A DNA stretch of 64,000 bases, from NCBI GenBank assembly GCA_965222155.1, contig CBDCTH010000012.1, positions 160,001 to 224,000 on the forward strand, written 5' to 3'. Position 1 is the stretch's first letter. Each line of letters opens with the position of its first letter. Shown here one piece after another: positions 39,649 to 49,242 of this stretch. Position numbers and translations under genes: made by a program. Below the pieces are notes generated by a model. It searched no databases. It saw only the letters and a program-made list of their open reading frames with translations, and was not told the DNA's origin. The DNA comes from Gammaproteobacteria bacterium. Lineage in GTDB: Bacteria > Pseudomonadota > Gammaproteobacteria > Eutrophobiales > Eutrophobiaceae.

Positions 39649-41299
39649 ATTATTCCCCTTGTGTTTGTTCATTCTGTCGTTTTATCCGATTTTTGCTTGT
39701 GCCGGCACGCCAACCGACACCGGCGCCGAACAACCTGTGAACGTGACGGCGATCATCACGTTTGTCCTGTTTGTTCTGAGTACCTTGTTGATTACCTGGT
39801 GGGCAGCCCGGCACACCCATTCCCGCAAAGAGTTTTATGTAGCCGGCGGCGGTATTCCCGCGTGGCAGAACGGGATTGCCATTTCCGGCGACTTTATGTC
39901 GGCGGCGACTTTCCTGGGATTGACAAGTCTGTTGTTTTTTGCCGGCACGGACGGGTTGATGCTGGCAGTCGGCGCGGTCGCCAGTTGGCCGGTCATTTTA
40001 TTCCTGGTCGCCGAGCGGCTGCGTAATCTCGGTCGTTATACGTTTATCGACGTCATCTCTTTTCGTCTTGATCAGCGCCCGATCACACAGGTTGCCGCCC
40101 TGGGTTCTCTGGCCACCGTGATCTTTTATCTTATCTCGCAACTCGTGGGCGCGGGAAAACTGATCCAGCTGTTATTCGGCCTGGATTATATCTGGGCCGT
40201 GAGCAGTATCAGCGCTCTGATGATCGCCTACGTAACCTTCGGCGGCATGCTTGCCACGACCTGGGTGCAGATCATTAAGGCATTCCTGCTGGTAATCGGT
40301 GGCACGATCATCACCCTGTTAATGTTGCAGTATTACCGGTTTGACCTGAATGCGGTGTTTCACAGCGCCGTCATGACTCATCCGAGGGGCTGGGACCTGG
40401 TTGCGCCGGGTGGCTGGCTGGACGACCCGGTATCGGTGCTCTCCCTGGGGCTGACGGCCCTGCTGGGGTTCATCGGACTGCCGCATATCCTGATGCGTAT
40501 CTTTACCGTGAAGGACGCAAAAACAGCAAGAAAGTCGGCATTTTACGCCATATTAATCATCGGCTACTTCAATCTCCTGATGCTCATCGTCGGTTTCGGC
40601 GCGGTGTCACTCATCATGTTCAATCCGGACTACCTGGATGCTGCCGGCAGTCTGACAGGAGGACTTAACATGGTGGTGTTGCATGCAGCACAATTCCTGG
40701 GCGGCGACATTTTGCTGGGATTTGTCTCTGCCGTTGCTTTTGCCACCATTCTTGCAGTCGTATCAGGGTTGACCATCTCCGCGGCTGCCACCATCGCCCA
40801 TGACCTGTATGCGAAATCGATTAAACGGGGCAGGGCATCGGAAAAATCCGAATTACTGGTCTCCCGCTACGCTGTGATCGGCATAGGTATCCTGGCAATC
40901 CTGTTCGGCATCGCGTTTGAACACCAAAACGTCATCTTCATTACCAATATGGCCCTGGCGGTTGCCGGCAGCGCCAATGCGCCGGTATTATTGCTTTCGA
41001 TGTATTGGCAGGGGTTGACGACCCGGGGCGCCGTCTACGGTTGTCTGGCCGGCCTGGTCTCTTCCGTCTGTCTGATTATCCTGGGGCCGCAGGTATGGGT
41101 GGACGTGATCGGAATGGAAAAACCGCTGTTTCCTTATGTTTACCCGACCATCATCTCGGCTCCCCTGGCGTTTGTTACGGCCTGGTTGTTGTCAGGCCTT
41201 GATAAAAGCGCACGGGCGGATAAGGAAAGAGCGGCATTTGCCGAACAATACATCTGTTCGGAAACCGGTATCGGTACTTCGGAAGCGGCAAGCCATTGA
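39641..41299 (+). CDS. actP: Cation/monocarboxylate symporter, ActP/PaaL family
   Basis: FYVAGGGI..QNGIAISGDFMSAA, GLPHILMR, AVAFATILAVVSGL, SETGIG..AASH. Confidence 0.92.
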   Translation: MNRLFPLCLFILSFYPIFACAGTPTDTGAEQPVNVTAIITFVLFVLSTLLITWWAARHTHSRKEFYVAGGGIPAWQNGIAISGDFMSAATFLGLTSLLFFAGTDGLMLAVGAVASWPVILFLVAERLRNLGRYTFIDVISFRLDQRPITQVAALGSLATVIFYLISQLVGAGKLIQLLFGLDYIWAVSSISALMIAYVTFGGMLATTWVQIIKAFLLVIGGTIITLLMLQYYRFDLNAVFHSAVMTHPRGWDLVAPGGWLDDPVSVLSLGLTALLGFIGLPHILMRIFTVKDAKTARKSAFYAILIIGYFNLLMLIVGFGAVSLIMFNPDYLDAAGSLTGGLNMVVLHAAQFLGGDILLGFVSAVAFATILAVVSGLTISAAATIAHDLYAKSIKRGRASEKSELLVSRYAVIGIGILAILFGIAFEHQNVIFITNMALAVAGSANAPVLLLSMYWQGLTTRGAVYGCLAGLVSSVCLIILGPQVWVDVIGMEKPLFPYVYPTIISAPLAFVTAWLLSGLDKSARADKERAAFAEQYICSETGIGTSEAASH

Positions 41300-41543
41300 C
41301 AACAAAACCGTTGAGGTGCTGCAATGATCCCTGTCATGGAAGCATCTTGATGTCCCGTATAGTTTCGTTTATATTGGATTCGTAATCCATAATTAACGAG
41401 AATTAGCGATGTGTGCGATGTATCGGCGAACACTGGCGGGCACAATTAAAAACATAAGCAGCAGCTTTCCTGTTCTTTTGGTAACCGGCCCGCATCGTGT
41501 TTGTGACATAATGACCGGAGGTTAGCTGCCAGGGGATAAGCGT

Positions 41544-43745
41544 ATGATTTTCTTCTCTAACAAGAACCGGCCCTTTCACTACGGTCCCTATCCCCTTGAG
41601 AGATTGGCCCGGGATAAACACGTGATTGAGCACGAACGCCAGGCGGGACGAGGTGTTCAATCCATTATCGACAACGGCGTATCTTCAAACTATGCCGCCG
41701 CGTTGGAGAAGTATCACGCCATCTTCAAGCAATTCTGTAAAGGTACGGTCGCACCGGCCAAAGCGCCGGTGCCTGACGATCTGGAGAGGCGGTCGATAGA
41801 CGTCAAGGGGGCCGGTTATTTCCTCGACGCCGGCCAGATCGGTATATGCAAGTTGACCGATTCCTGCTGGTATCAAGGCGTAACGCCGGAAAATCACAGT
41901 CACGGGATAGTCGTACTGGCCGAATACAGTCGCTTACCGGAAGAGGACAACCTGGCCCGGCGCTGGCTTGAGGGGTCCATCCATGCCACCGCGCAGATGC
42001 GCGCCTTTGAGGTGGCGGTGGGTATTGCCAACCATATCCGGGCAATGGGGTTTAATGCTACGGCTTACGATGATCGGAATGATCAAATAGATGTCAACCG
42101 GTTGACCGTACTGGCCGGTCTGGGGGCTCGGGATAACGGACAGGTCGTCAATCCTTACCTGGGTGCCGACTTCTCGGTCGCAGTAGTGACCACGGATTAT
42201 GCACTCGCAACGCACAAACCGCTGGCCGCCAACGCAAAAAACGGCAGAAACCTGACGTACTGGCTGGGCATCGGCGGCGCCACGTCCGGCCTGGAGAGAT
42301 GGCGCCGCGCCAACCGGCAGACCCACCTCAGCAACTACCCGATGGAACAGGTGAAACGCGTAGACAGGCCCACAACGCTGATCCTGGATGATGAAGTCCC
42401 GCGGGTGCCGAAACGGGCTGGTTTCTTCGAAAGGGCAATTCATGGCGACCTGGATAAGAAAGCGCAGGTGGAACGCCAGCGTTTTTCCTTCAAACACCCG
42501 TTTGCCGCAGCCATGCTGAAGCAGATTCGCGGGATGGTGCCGCACCAGGATGGACCCGTGGCAACGACGCAGGCAAGTGACATAAATGATCCCGAGGCCA
42601 ATACAAAAGCGCTCAAATCATTGTCATACGCCCTGGGGTCGGAGATAACCGGTATTTGTGAGATACCCGAGTATGCCTGGTATTCGCATAAGGAAGACGG
42701 TTCCGAGATCAAACCGTACCATAAATACGCCGTCGTGTGCTTGATCGATCAGGGCTTTGATACCATGGAAGGGGCCTCCGGTGATGATTTCATTTCCGGG
42801 GCGCAATCCATGCGCGCCTACATGCGCGGGGCCTTGATTGCCGGCATCATGGCTGAACATATACGCTCACTTGGTTATCCCGCCCGGCCGCAAACCAACG
42901 CGGACTCCCATGTGCTGCATATTCCCCTGGTCATGTGGGCGGGGCTGGGGGAACTCAGCCGTATCGGTGAACTGGTACTCAACCCGTTTATCGGCCCGCG
43001 TTTCAAGACGGTCGTCATGACCACCGATTTGCCGCTGGTTCCCGATAAACCCGTTGACTTCGGTTTACAGTATTTTTGCTCCAACTGCCTTAAATGCGCG
43101 CGGGAATGTCCCTGCGATGCCATACCCTTCGGTGATAAGGTGATGTTTAACGGTTATGAGATATGGAAGCCGGACGTCGAGCGTTGCACCCGTTATCGCC
43201 TGACCAATCAACGCGGGCTTGCCTGCGGCCGTTGCATGAAGACCTGTCCGCTGAACAAGGTTATCAACTGGGACGGCCCCATCGCCACACAGATAGCAAG
43301 CTGGTGTGGAGTAAACGCATTCTGGCTGAAGCCCTTGCTGGTACCGATAGCGGTAAAGCTGGATGATTTGCTGGGTCACGGCGTGCGCAACCCGGCAAAG
43401 AAGTGGTGGCTGGACCTGGAGATAGTCGATGACGTCTGTATCCACCCGCGTAAAGGCGTGAATCAACGGGACCTGGACGTCAACCGTAAAATTGACGTAA
43501 AAAAACATAAAGTCGCTTACTATCACGCCGATATGATGCCGCCACCGAACAGTTCAGGCATCGCCATGATGGTGAAAAGAAAAGACGGTCTTACCGCCGC
43601 GATCAAAGTCGAAACAGTCGAACAGGCCCTGGCGCGTAAAGCCAGCGGCGGTCCCGTTCCGGAACATTACATCCCTACGCCCCCCATGGACACTAACGAT
43701 ACACCGAAGGAGGATGTTTCCACGTTCAACCCTTATCATAATTGA
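41544..43745 (+). CDS. rdhA: Catabolic (non-respiratory) B12-dependent reductive dehalogenase
   Basis: RPFHYGPYPLERL N-terminus with a duplicated vestigial domain, AGLGELSRIG, GPRFK, two 4Fe-4S motifs (FCSNCLKCARECP; C..CGRCMKTCP). No Tat signal and no rdhB. Confidence 0.9.
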   Translation: MIFFSNKNRPFHYGPYPLERLARDKHVIEHERQAGRGVQSIIDNGVSSNYAAALEKYHAIFKQFCKGTVAPAKAPVPDDLERRSIDVKGAGYFLDAGQIGICKLTDSCWYQGVTPENHSHGIVVLAEYSRLPEEDNLARRWLEGSIHATAQMRAFEVAVGIANHIRAMGFNATAYDDRNDQIDVNRLTVLAGLGARDNGQVVNPYLGADFSVAVVTTDYALATHKPLAANAKNGRNLTYWLGIGGATSGLERWRRANRQTHLSNYPMEQVKRVDRPTTLILDDEVPRVPKRAGFFERAIHGDLDKKAQVERQRFSFKHPFAAAMLKQIRGMVPHQDGPVATTQASDINDPEANTKALKSLSYALGSEITGICEIPEYAWYSHKEDGSEIKPYHKYAVVCLIDQGFDTMEGASGDDFISGAQSMRAYMRGALIAGIMAEHIRSLGYPARPQTNADSHVLHIPLVMWAGLGELSRIGELVLNPFIGPRFKTVVMTTDLPLVPDKPVDFGLQYFCSNCLKCARECPCDAIPFGDKVMFNGYEIWKPDVERCTRYRLTNQRGLACGRCMKTCPLNKVINWDGPIATQIASWCGVNAFWLKPLLVPIAVKLDDLLGHGVRNPAKKWWLDLEIVDDVCIHPRKGVNQRDLDVNRKIDVKKHKVAYYHADMMPPPNSSGIAMMVKRKDGLTAAIKVETVEQALARKASGGPVPEHYIPTPPMDTNDTPKEDVSTFNPYHN

Positions 43746-43762
43746 GCCTGTATAATAAACTG

Positions 43763-43952
43763 CAGGTGCTTCTGCTAACTCATAAAACCCATTAAAATCA
43801 ATTGGTTATACTGAAAAATATTTCTCGTAAACTTTTCGGTATTTGAGGTGATCTCAAAAGGCTGCGGCAAACTGAAAAACCTGTTATTAATTAATGCAGT
43901 TACAAGCAATTCGCGGTTGACGGCAGACATTGAAAATTAGCGGGAGCACCTG
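43763..43952. mobile_element. MITE family A variant with perfect 9-bp TSD and AT-rich core
   Basis: CAGGTGCTTCTGCTAA...TTAGCGGGAGCACCTG, flanked by AATAAACTG on both sides. Confidence 0.9.
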
Positions 43953-43964
43953 AATAAACTGTAG

Positions 43965-44062
43965 GGAACCTCTATTTATTCACAAATTGATATATTAGCG
44001 GTCAATGATTTCAATAAGTTAGCGACCCTGTGTATCGAAAAATGTCAATTATTAGAGGTTCC
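43965..44062. mobile_element. IS5-derived MITE with 6-bp flanking duplication
   Basis: GGAACCTCT...AGAGGTTCC flanked by CTGTAG; the right end matches the IS5 end at 37483-37505. Confidence 0.85.
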
Positions 44063-44138
44063 CTGTAGACTTTGGGACAAAAGATTTTTATGCTTATCCT
44101 GGAAATAGTAAACTGGGCTGGCTACAGGTTTAATTGCA

Positions 44139-45467
44139 ATGGACTCGAATAACACCCCTCTCCTGAATAACGGACAATATCTCAATTTGTTGCAGGATGC
44201 ATTGCGTACTGATTTGGATTTTCATGGCACAAGCGGCAAACACTCGACCCATGGCTGGCATCCTTTTCCAGCAAAGTTTCCACCACAACTGCCACAGTTC
44301 TTTATTGAAAATCTTTCAAATAAGAATGAGGTAGTCTTTGATCCCATGTATGGTTCAGGCACCACGCTGGTGGAGGCTACTCGTTTGGGGCGGCGTGCAA
44401 TTGGCTGTGACATTGACCCTTTGGCACAGATGATCACAGAAGCGAAGTTAGTTGCGCTTAACCCGGTGAAAACACTGGAGACCGGATACCAAATCCTCGC
44501 TTCGGCACAGCGTGACTTTCATTATGACCGGGATCAATTGGAACTGGAATTAAATCAACGCTTTAACACAAAAACACGGGAATTTATTGATTACTGGTTT
44601 TTACCCCAGCAGCAATTGGAATTGCTTGCGCTTTTGCAGGGTATAGAAGCAATACAGCAGGATGAAATGCAGAAATTCTTCAAAATGATTTTTTCAGCAA
44701 CAATCATTGCGAAATCCGGAGGAGTCTCCCTGGCGCGTGATTTAGCCCATACTCGCCCACATAAGGTATCTGAGAAAAAACCAAACTCGGCGTTCGTCGA
44801 ATTTATCAAGCGATTAAAATATAATCTGGCTTGTTATACAAAAGATTCAACTGGTTATCCTCTTCAGGATCTGATAGCAAGACAACAAGTTGAGCTCCGG
44901 GCCGCAAACGCGGATAAAACCGGCATACCTTCTTCAAGTGTTGATTTGATAGTTACGTCTCCTCCTTATGCGAATAATGCGATTGACTACATGCGCGCGC
45001 ATAAATTTTCCCTGGTTTGGTTTGGTTGGAAAATCGAGGACCTTACAAAGATTCGAGCGCGATACCTGGGACATGATGCCACTAACGGTGCTCGGTTTGA
45101 GCATTTGCCCCGGCAATGTGAAAAAACTCTTACCAGACTTACTAAGCTTGATTATAAAAAAGCTGCGGCTTTACGCCGGTATTTTGGCGAGATGTCGGCC
45201 GTGATTAATGAGATGAAGCGAGTTTTGAAAAGTGGCAGAGCAGCCGTCATTGTAGTTGGGACTTCCAATTTAAGAGGCATAGACGTTGAGACTCAGAAAG
45301 GACTTGCTGCTATTGGTGAAAATGTCGGTTTCAATTTGGTGGGGACCGGTGTTCGTCGTCTGGACCGGGACAGGCGGATGATGCCGGCACGCTGGGGTAA
45401 AGAGCAACGTTCACAAATTGAGAAAAGGATGCATGAAGAATATGTAATTGGTTTGATAAAACCATGA
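44139..45467 (+). CDS. Amino-DNA methyltransferase, probably N4-cytosine
   Basis: HPFPAKFP, motif I DPMYGSGTT, motif IV TSPPY. Confidence 0.88.
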   Translation: MDSNNTPLLNNGQYLNLLQDALRTDLDFHGTSGKHSTHGWHPFPAKFPPQLPQFFIENLSNKNEVVFDPMYGSGTTLVEATRLGRRAIGCDIDPLAQMITEAKLVALNPVKTLETGYQILASAQRDFHYDRDQLELELNQRFNTKTREFIDYWFLPQQQLELLALLQGIEAIQQDEMQKFFKMIFSATIIAKSGGVSLARDLAHTRPHKVSEKKPNSAFVEFIKRLKYNLACYTKDSTGYPLQDLIARQQVELRAANADKTGIPSSSVDLIVTSPPYANNAIDYMRAHKFSLVWFGWKIEDLTKIRARYLGHDATNGARFEHLPRQCEKTLTRLTKLDYKKAAALRRYFGEMSAVINEMKRVLKSGRAAVIVVGTSNLRGIDVETQKGLAAIGENVGFNLVGTGVRRLDRDRRMMPARWGKEQRSQIEKRMHEEYVIGLIKP

Positions 45468-46312
45468 CTCCAGGAAAGATCGAAGAATTGCGACGCGAGT
45501 ATCATCGCCGGATTTGCACTGAAGTGTTGCACAAAAGCGAAACTGGGGTCCCGAACAATGCAGATAGAGCAAGTGCTGCAAGTGTTGAAATTGGTAAGGG
45601 TATTGTGGACCACATCGGAATTGATGTACAAACTGGCAGTCTGCCTGGACAAACAGCTGGGAGACGCTTCGAGAACGCCACCATGAATTTTTTGCGAAAT
45701 GCGTTCAAGTTATTACACCATTTACGCCCGGGGAAGTGGGAATTTTCTGTAGGTGGTAAGATCCGCGAGTACGAACAATATCAGCACTTATCCGATGTAT
45801 CGCGAGCAATTAAAGAAAATGAAGCATTGCGGACTGTTTTTGGAGATTATATCGTTACTCCAGACATTGTGGTTGGTCGCAAACCAGACAAGGATGAGAC
45901 AATCAATCAGAACGATATTTTATTAAGCGGCGACGAAATTGCTGCTTATACGCCACTACGCTGGGCGAATTCACGATTGGATATATTGCATGCCAGCATT
46001 TCTTGCAAATGGACGATTCGTAGCGATCGATCACAAAATGCACGTACAGAAGGATTAAATTTGATACGCAATCGCAAGGGCAAAACACCGCACATTGCTG
46101 TCGTTACTGGCGAACCTTTACCTGGACGAATCGCCTCGCTCGCTTATGGTATTGGTGATATAGATTGTGTTTACCATTTCGCGTTACGCGAGTTGATAGA
46201 AGCAACCAAAGATAATGCTTCAGGCTCCGATTCGGAGGATACACTGAATACACTGGTGTCTGGCAAACGCCTACGAGATATTAGCGATTTACCGTTCGAT
46301 TTGGCAATTTAG
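45464..46312 (+). CDS. NgoMIV-family type II restriction endonuclease
   Basis: PDIVV..ASISCKWTIRSDRSQNARTEGLNLIRNRKG..GDIDCVYH..RLRDISDLPFDLAI; ATGA overlap with the methylase. Confidence 0.9.
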   Translation: MTPGKIEELRREYHRRICTEVLHKSETGVPNNADRASAASVEIGKGIVDHIGIDVQTGSLPGQTAGRRFENATMNFLRNAFKLLHHLRPGKWEFSVGGKIREYEQYQHLSDVSRAIKENEALRTVFGDYIVTPDIVVGRKPDKDETINQNDILLSGDEIAAYTPLRWANSRLDILHASISCKWTIRSDRSQNARTEGLNLIRNRKGKTPHIAVVTGEPLPGRIASLAYGIGDIDCVYHFALRELIEATKDNASGSDSEDTLNTLVSGKRLRDISDLPFDLAI

Positions 46313-46389
46313 TTGTAAAAGCCTTGATTTGATCTGCTATCGCACTTGGAAAAATGGATGAGGCTTCGGCTTTTCCATGTTGATAATCT

Positions 46390-46427
46390 GATACAAAAAT
46401 ATTGATATTCTTGATAAATATTGTATC
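46390..46427. promoter_or_regulatory. PaaX-type operator GATACA-N26-TGTATC
   Basis: Exact palindromic arms with a 26-nt spacer, 34 nt upstream of paaA. Confidence 0.7.
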
Positions 46428-46461
46428 ATTAAATACAGGATAACACCAAGGTGAAAAACAG

Positions 46462-47412
46462 ATGACCAATACGGCGACGTTGTCAGAGGTCTTTCAGGCC
46501 CGGATAGATGCCGAGGAGAAAATCGAACCCCGGGACTGGATGCCGGATTCCTACCGGAAAACCCTGATCAGGCAGATATCGCAACATGCCCACTCGGAAA
46601 TAGTCGGCCAGTTGCCGGAGGGGAACTGGATCACGCGGGCGCCGTCGTTGCGGCGTAAGGCAATCCTGCTGGCCAAGGTACAGGATGAAGCCGGCCATGG
46701 CCTGTATTTATACTGTGCGGCGGAAACTCTGGGTATCTCCAGGGAGCGGATGCTTGAACAACTGCATTCCGGCAAGGCCAGGTATTCCAGCATTTTTAAT
46801 TATCCGACCCTGACCTGGGCGGATATAGGCGCCATTGGCTGGCTGGTTGATTCAGCTGCCATCATCAACCAGATTCCCTTGTGCCGTTGTTCTTACGGGC
46901 CGTATGCCCGGGCCATGGTGCGGATTTGCAAGGAAGAGAGTTTTCACATGCGTCAGGGTTATGAATTGCTGATGGCGCTTTGTCAGGGAGCTGAGGAGCA
47001 AAAAGCGATGGCGCAGGATGCAGTGAACAGGTGGTGGTGGCCGTCGTTGATGATGTTCGGTCCCAGTGACGCTGATTCCATACATTCCGCCCAATCCATG
47101 CAATGGAAAATCAAGCGCAACAGTAATGATGAGTTGCGCCAGAAGTTCGTGGATCAATCCGTTCCCCAGGCCGAATACCTGGACCTGACACTGCCTGACC
47201 CCGCTCTGAAGTGGAATGCAGAGCGCGGGCATTATGATTTCGGTGAAATCAACTGGGGCGAATTTTACCAGGTCATTAACGGCAACGGCCCTTGTAATCA
47301 TGAGCGTTTGAGCGTCCGTATCCGGGCCCATGAAGACGGCGCCTGGGTACGGGAAGCTGCCCTGGCCTATGCGGATAAGCAACGGCAACGAACCAATAAA
47401 GTCGCAGCATAG
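46462..47412 (+). CDS. paaA: Phenylacetyl-CoA epoxidase subunit A
   Basis: [23 protein letters not shown] and CKEESFH motifs. Confidence 0.97.
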   Translation: MTNTATLSEVFQARIDAEEKIEPRDWMPDSYRKTLIRQISQHAHSEIVGQLPEGNWITRAPSLRRKAILLAKVQDEAGHGLYLYCAAETLGISRERMLEQLHSGKARYSSIFNYPTLTWADIGAIGWLVDSAAIINQIPLCRCSYGPYARAMVRICKEESFHMRQGYELLMALCQGAEEQKAMAQDAVNRWWWPSLMMFGPSDADSIHSAQSMQWKIKRNSNDELRQKFVDQSVPQAEYLDLTLPDPALKWNAERGHYDFGEINWGEFYQVINGNGPCNHERLSVRIRAHEDGAWVREAALAYADKQRQRTNKVAA

Positions 47413-47422
47413 GAGGGAATCA

Positions 47423-47716
47423 ATGGTGGATAAAGCCCGACGTTTACCCCTCTGGGAGGTTTTCATTCGCAGCAAGCGGGGACTGGACCACAAACATGCC
47501 GGCAGCATTCACGCGGCCGACGCTGAACAGGCCCTGCAATACGCTCGAGACACCTATACCCGTCGGAATGAAGGGTGCAGCATCTGGGTGGTGAAGTCGG
47601 CAGATATCATCGCCAGCCAGTTCGAGGACAATAGCAGTTTTTTTGATCCTGCGGCAGATAAGATGATCTATCGCCATCCTACCTTTTATGACGTGCCCGA
47701 GGATCTCAAGCTGTGA
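47423..47716 (+). CDS. paaB: Phenylacetyl-CoA epoxidase subunit B
   Basis: PLWEVFIRSKRGLDHKHAGS, YTRRNEG and YRHPTFY motifs. Confidence 0.95.
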   Translation: MVDKARRLPLWEVFIRSKRGLDHKHAGSIHAADAEQALQYARDTYTRRNEGCSIWVVKSADIIASQFEDNSSFFDPAADKMIYRHPTFYDVPEDLKL

Positions 47717-47742
47717 ACACAGGCAGGACAGGTACACATTTT

Positions 47743-47875
47743 GTCATTCCAGCGTTTCCCGGCAGTCCGGCTTTTCGCGTCATTCTGGCGCAAGCCGGAA
47801 CCCAGTTAAATAATCCGGTAATCATAAGGGACTGGATTCCGGCATTCGCCGGAAGGGTGGAGGAACCAGAATGAC
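47743..47875. repeat. GTCATTC..GAATGAC-type REP-like composite palindrome between paaB and paaC
   Basis: GTCATTCTGGCGCAAGCCGGAACCCAG...CTGGATTCCGGCATTCGCCGGAA; related to the core of MITE family B. Confidence 0.7.
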
Positions 47876-47895
47876 GGCGGAGCGGGGATGGCGCC

Positions 47896-48663
47896 ATGGG
47901 TAGGGAAACTACACAACAGGGTTTATTCCAGTACGTCATAAGACTTGGGGATAATGCCCTGATTAATGGCCAGCGCCTGGCCGAATGGTGTGGTTACGGA
48001 CCCTTTGTGGAACAGGATATAGCCATGACCAATATCGCGCTGGACCTCATTGGACGCGCCCGCATGCTGCTGACTTACGCCGCTGAGGTGGAAGGCGAGG
48101 GGAGAACGGAAGATGATCTTGCTTATTTTCGCAATGAACGGAAATTCCGGAATTTTCTTATCATGGAACTACCAGTGGGTGATTTTGCCTTCACTATGTC
48201 CAGGCAGTTCTTCGTTGACGCGTATGATTATTTCTACTACCAGGCGCTGCAATATTCTGCGGATTCTACCCTGGCCGGCATCGCGGCAAAGACCCTGAAA
48301 GAGTGTGAGTATCATCTGCGCCATAGCGGCGAATGGATGGTTCGTCTGGGTGACGGAACCGAGGAGAGTCATGCAAAAATCAGCAAGGCCATGGCCGAGG
48401 TGATGCCGTTTACTTTCGAGTTTTTCGACGCGGACGAAATCGATCAAACCATGCAGGTAAATCAAATAGGCGTGGACCTGAAAACCGTCGAGACGTTGTG
48501 GAATGAAAAAGTGAATAGCGTACTCAAGGGAGCCACGCTGGAACGGCCGGACATAAAGTTTACTCGCAGCGGCGGACGGCAAGGTTTGCATTCGGAACAT
48601 ATCGGCTACCTGTTGGCTGAAATGCAGTCCCTGCAAAGAGCCTATCCCGGTTTGCAGTGGTAG
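47896..48663 (+). CDS. paaC: Phenylacetyl-CoA epoxidase subunit C
   Basis: LGDNALINGQRLAEWCG, RLGDGTEES and LLAEMQSLQRAYPG motifs. Confidence 0.96.
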   Translation: MGRETTQQGLFQYVIRLGDNALINGQRLAEWCGYGPFVEQDIAMTNIALDLIGRARMLLTYAAEVEGEGRTEDDLAYFRNERKFRNFLIMELPVGDFAFTMSRQFFVDAYDYFYYQALQYSADSTLAGIAAKTLKECEYHLRHSGEWMVRLGDGTEESHAKISKAMAEVMPFTFEFFDADEIDQTMQVNQIGVDLKTVETLWNEKVNSVLKGATLERPDIKFTRSGGRQGLHSEHIGYLLAEMQSLQRAYPGLQW

Positions 48664-48713
48664 AGAAGTTATCATATATGCTTTTACACTGACCCCGAAT
48701 GTGATACTACGCT

Positions 48714-49241
48714 ATGAGTTCCACCTTGGAAACAGTCTCTTTCTCACCTGGTAACGACGTCGAAGACACCGTAAAAGACGCAAGGCACGTTCTTGAGCAC
48801 ATCGTCGATCCCGAAATTCCCGTCCTGACTATTGCGGATTTGGGCATATTACAGGATGTAAGATGGAATGAAGGCAGACTGGAGGTGGTGATTACACCCA
48901 CCTACAGCGGTTGTCCCGCCATGCAGACCATAGAGCATGATATCCTGGAAACCTTGAAGGAAAACGGCTATGGCAACGTCGAAGTGAAAACCCGACTTTT
49001 GCCGGTATGGACGACGGACTGGTTGAGCGAGGCAGGCAGGGAAAAACTGTTGCAATACGGCATTGTCCCGCCGCTGGGTTCGACTGATAAGCAAAGTTTA
49101 CGCACCACCACACGCCTTGAGTGCCCGCGCTGCCGTTCCGGTAACACGGAGAAAATCAGCGAGTTCGGCTCAACCCCGTGCAAGGCCCTGTACCGGTGCA
49201 ACGATTGCCTGGAACCCTTCGACTATTTCAAATGTATATAG
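48714..49241 (+). CDS. paaD: Phenylacetyl-CoA epoxidase subunit D
   Basis: DPEIPVLTI, ITPTYSGCPAM, WTTDW and CPRC..EFGSTPCKALYRC..CLEPFDYFKCI motifs. Confidence 0.95.
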   Translation: MSSTLETVSFSPGNDVEDTVKDARHVLEHIVDPEIPVLTIADLGILQDVRWNEGRLEVVITPTYSGCPAMQTIEHDILETLKENGYGNVEVKTRLLPVWTTDWLSEAGREKLLQYGIVPPLGSTDKQSLRTTTRLECPRCRSGNTEKISEFGSTPCKALYRCNDCLEPFDYFKCI

Positions 49242-49242
49242 A

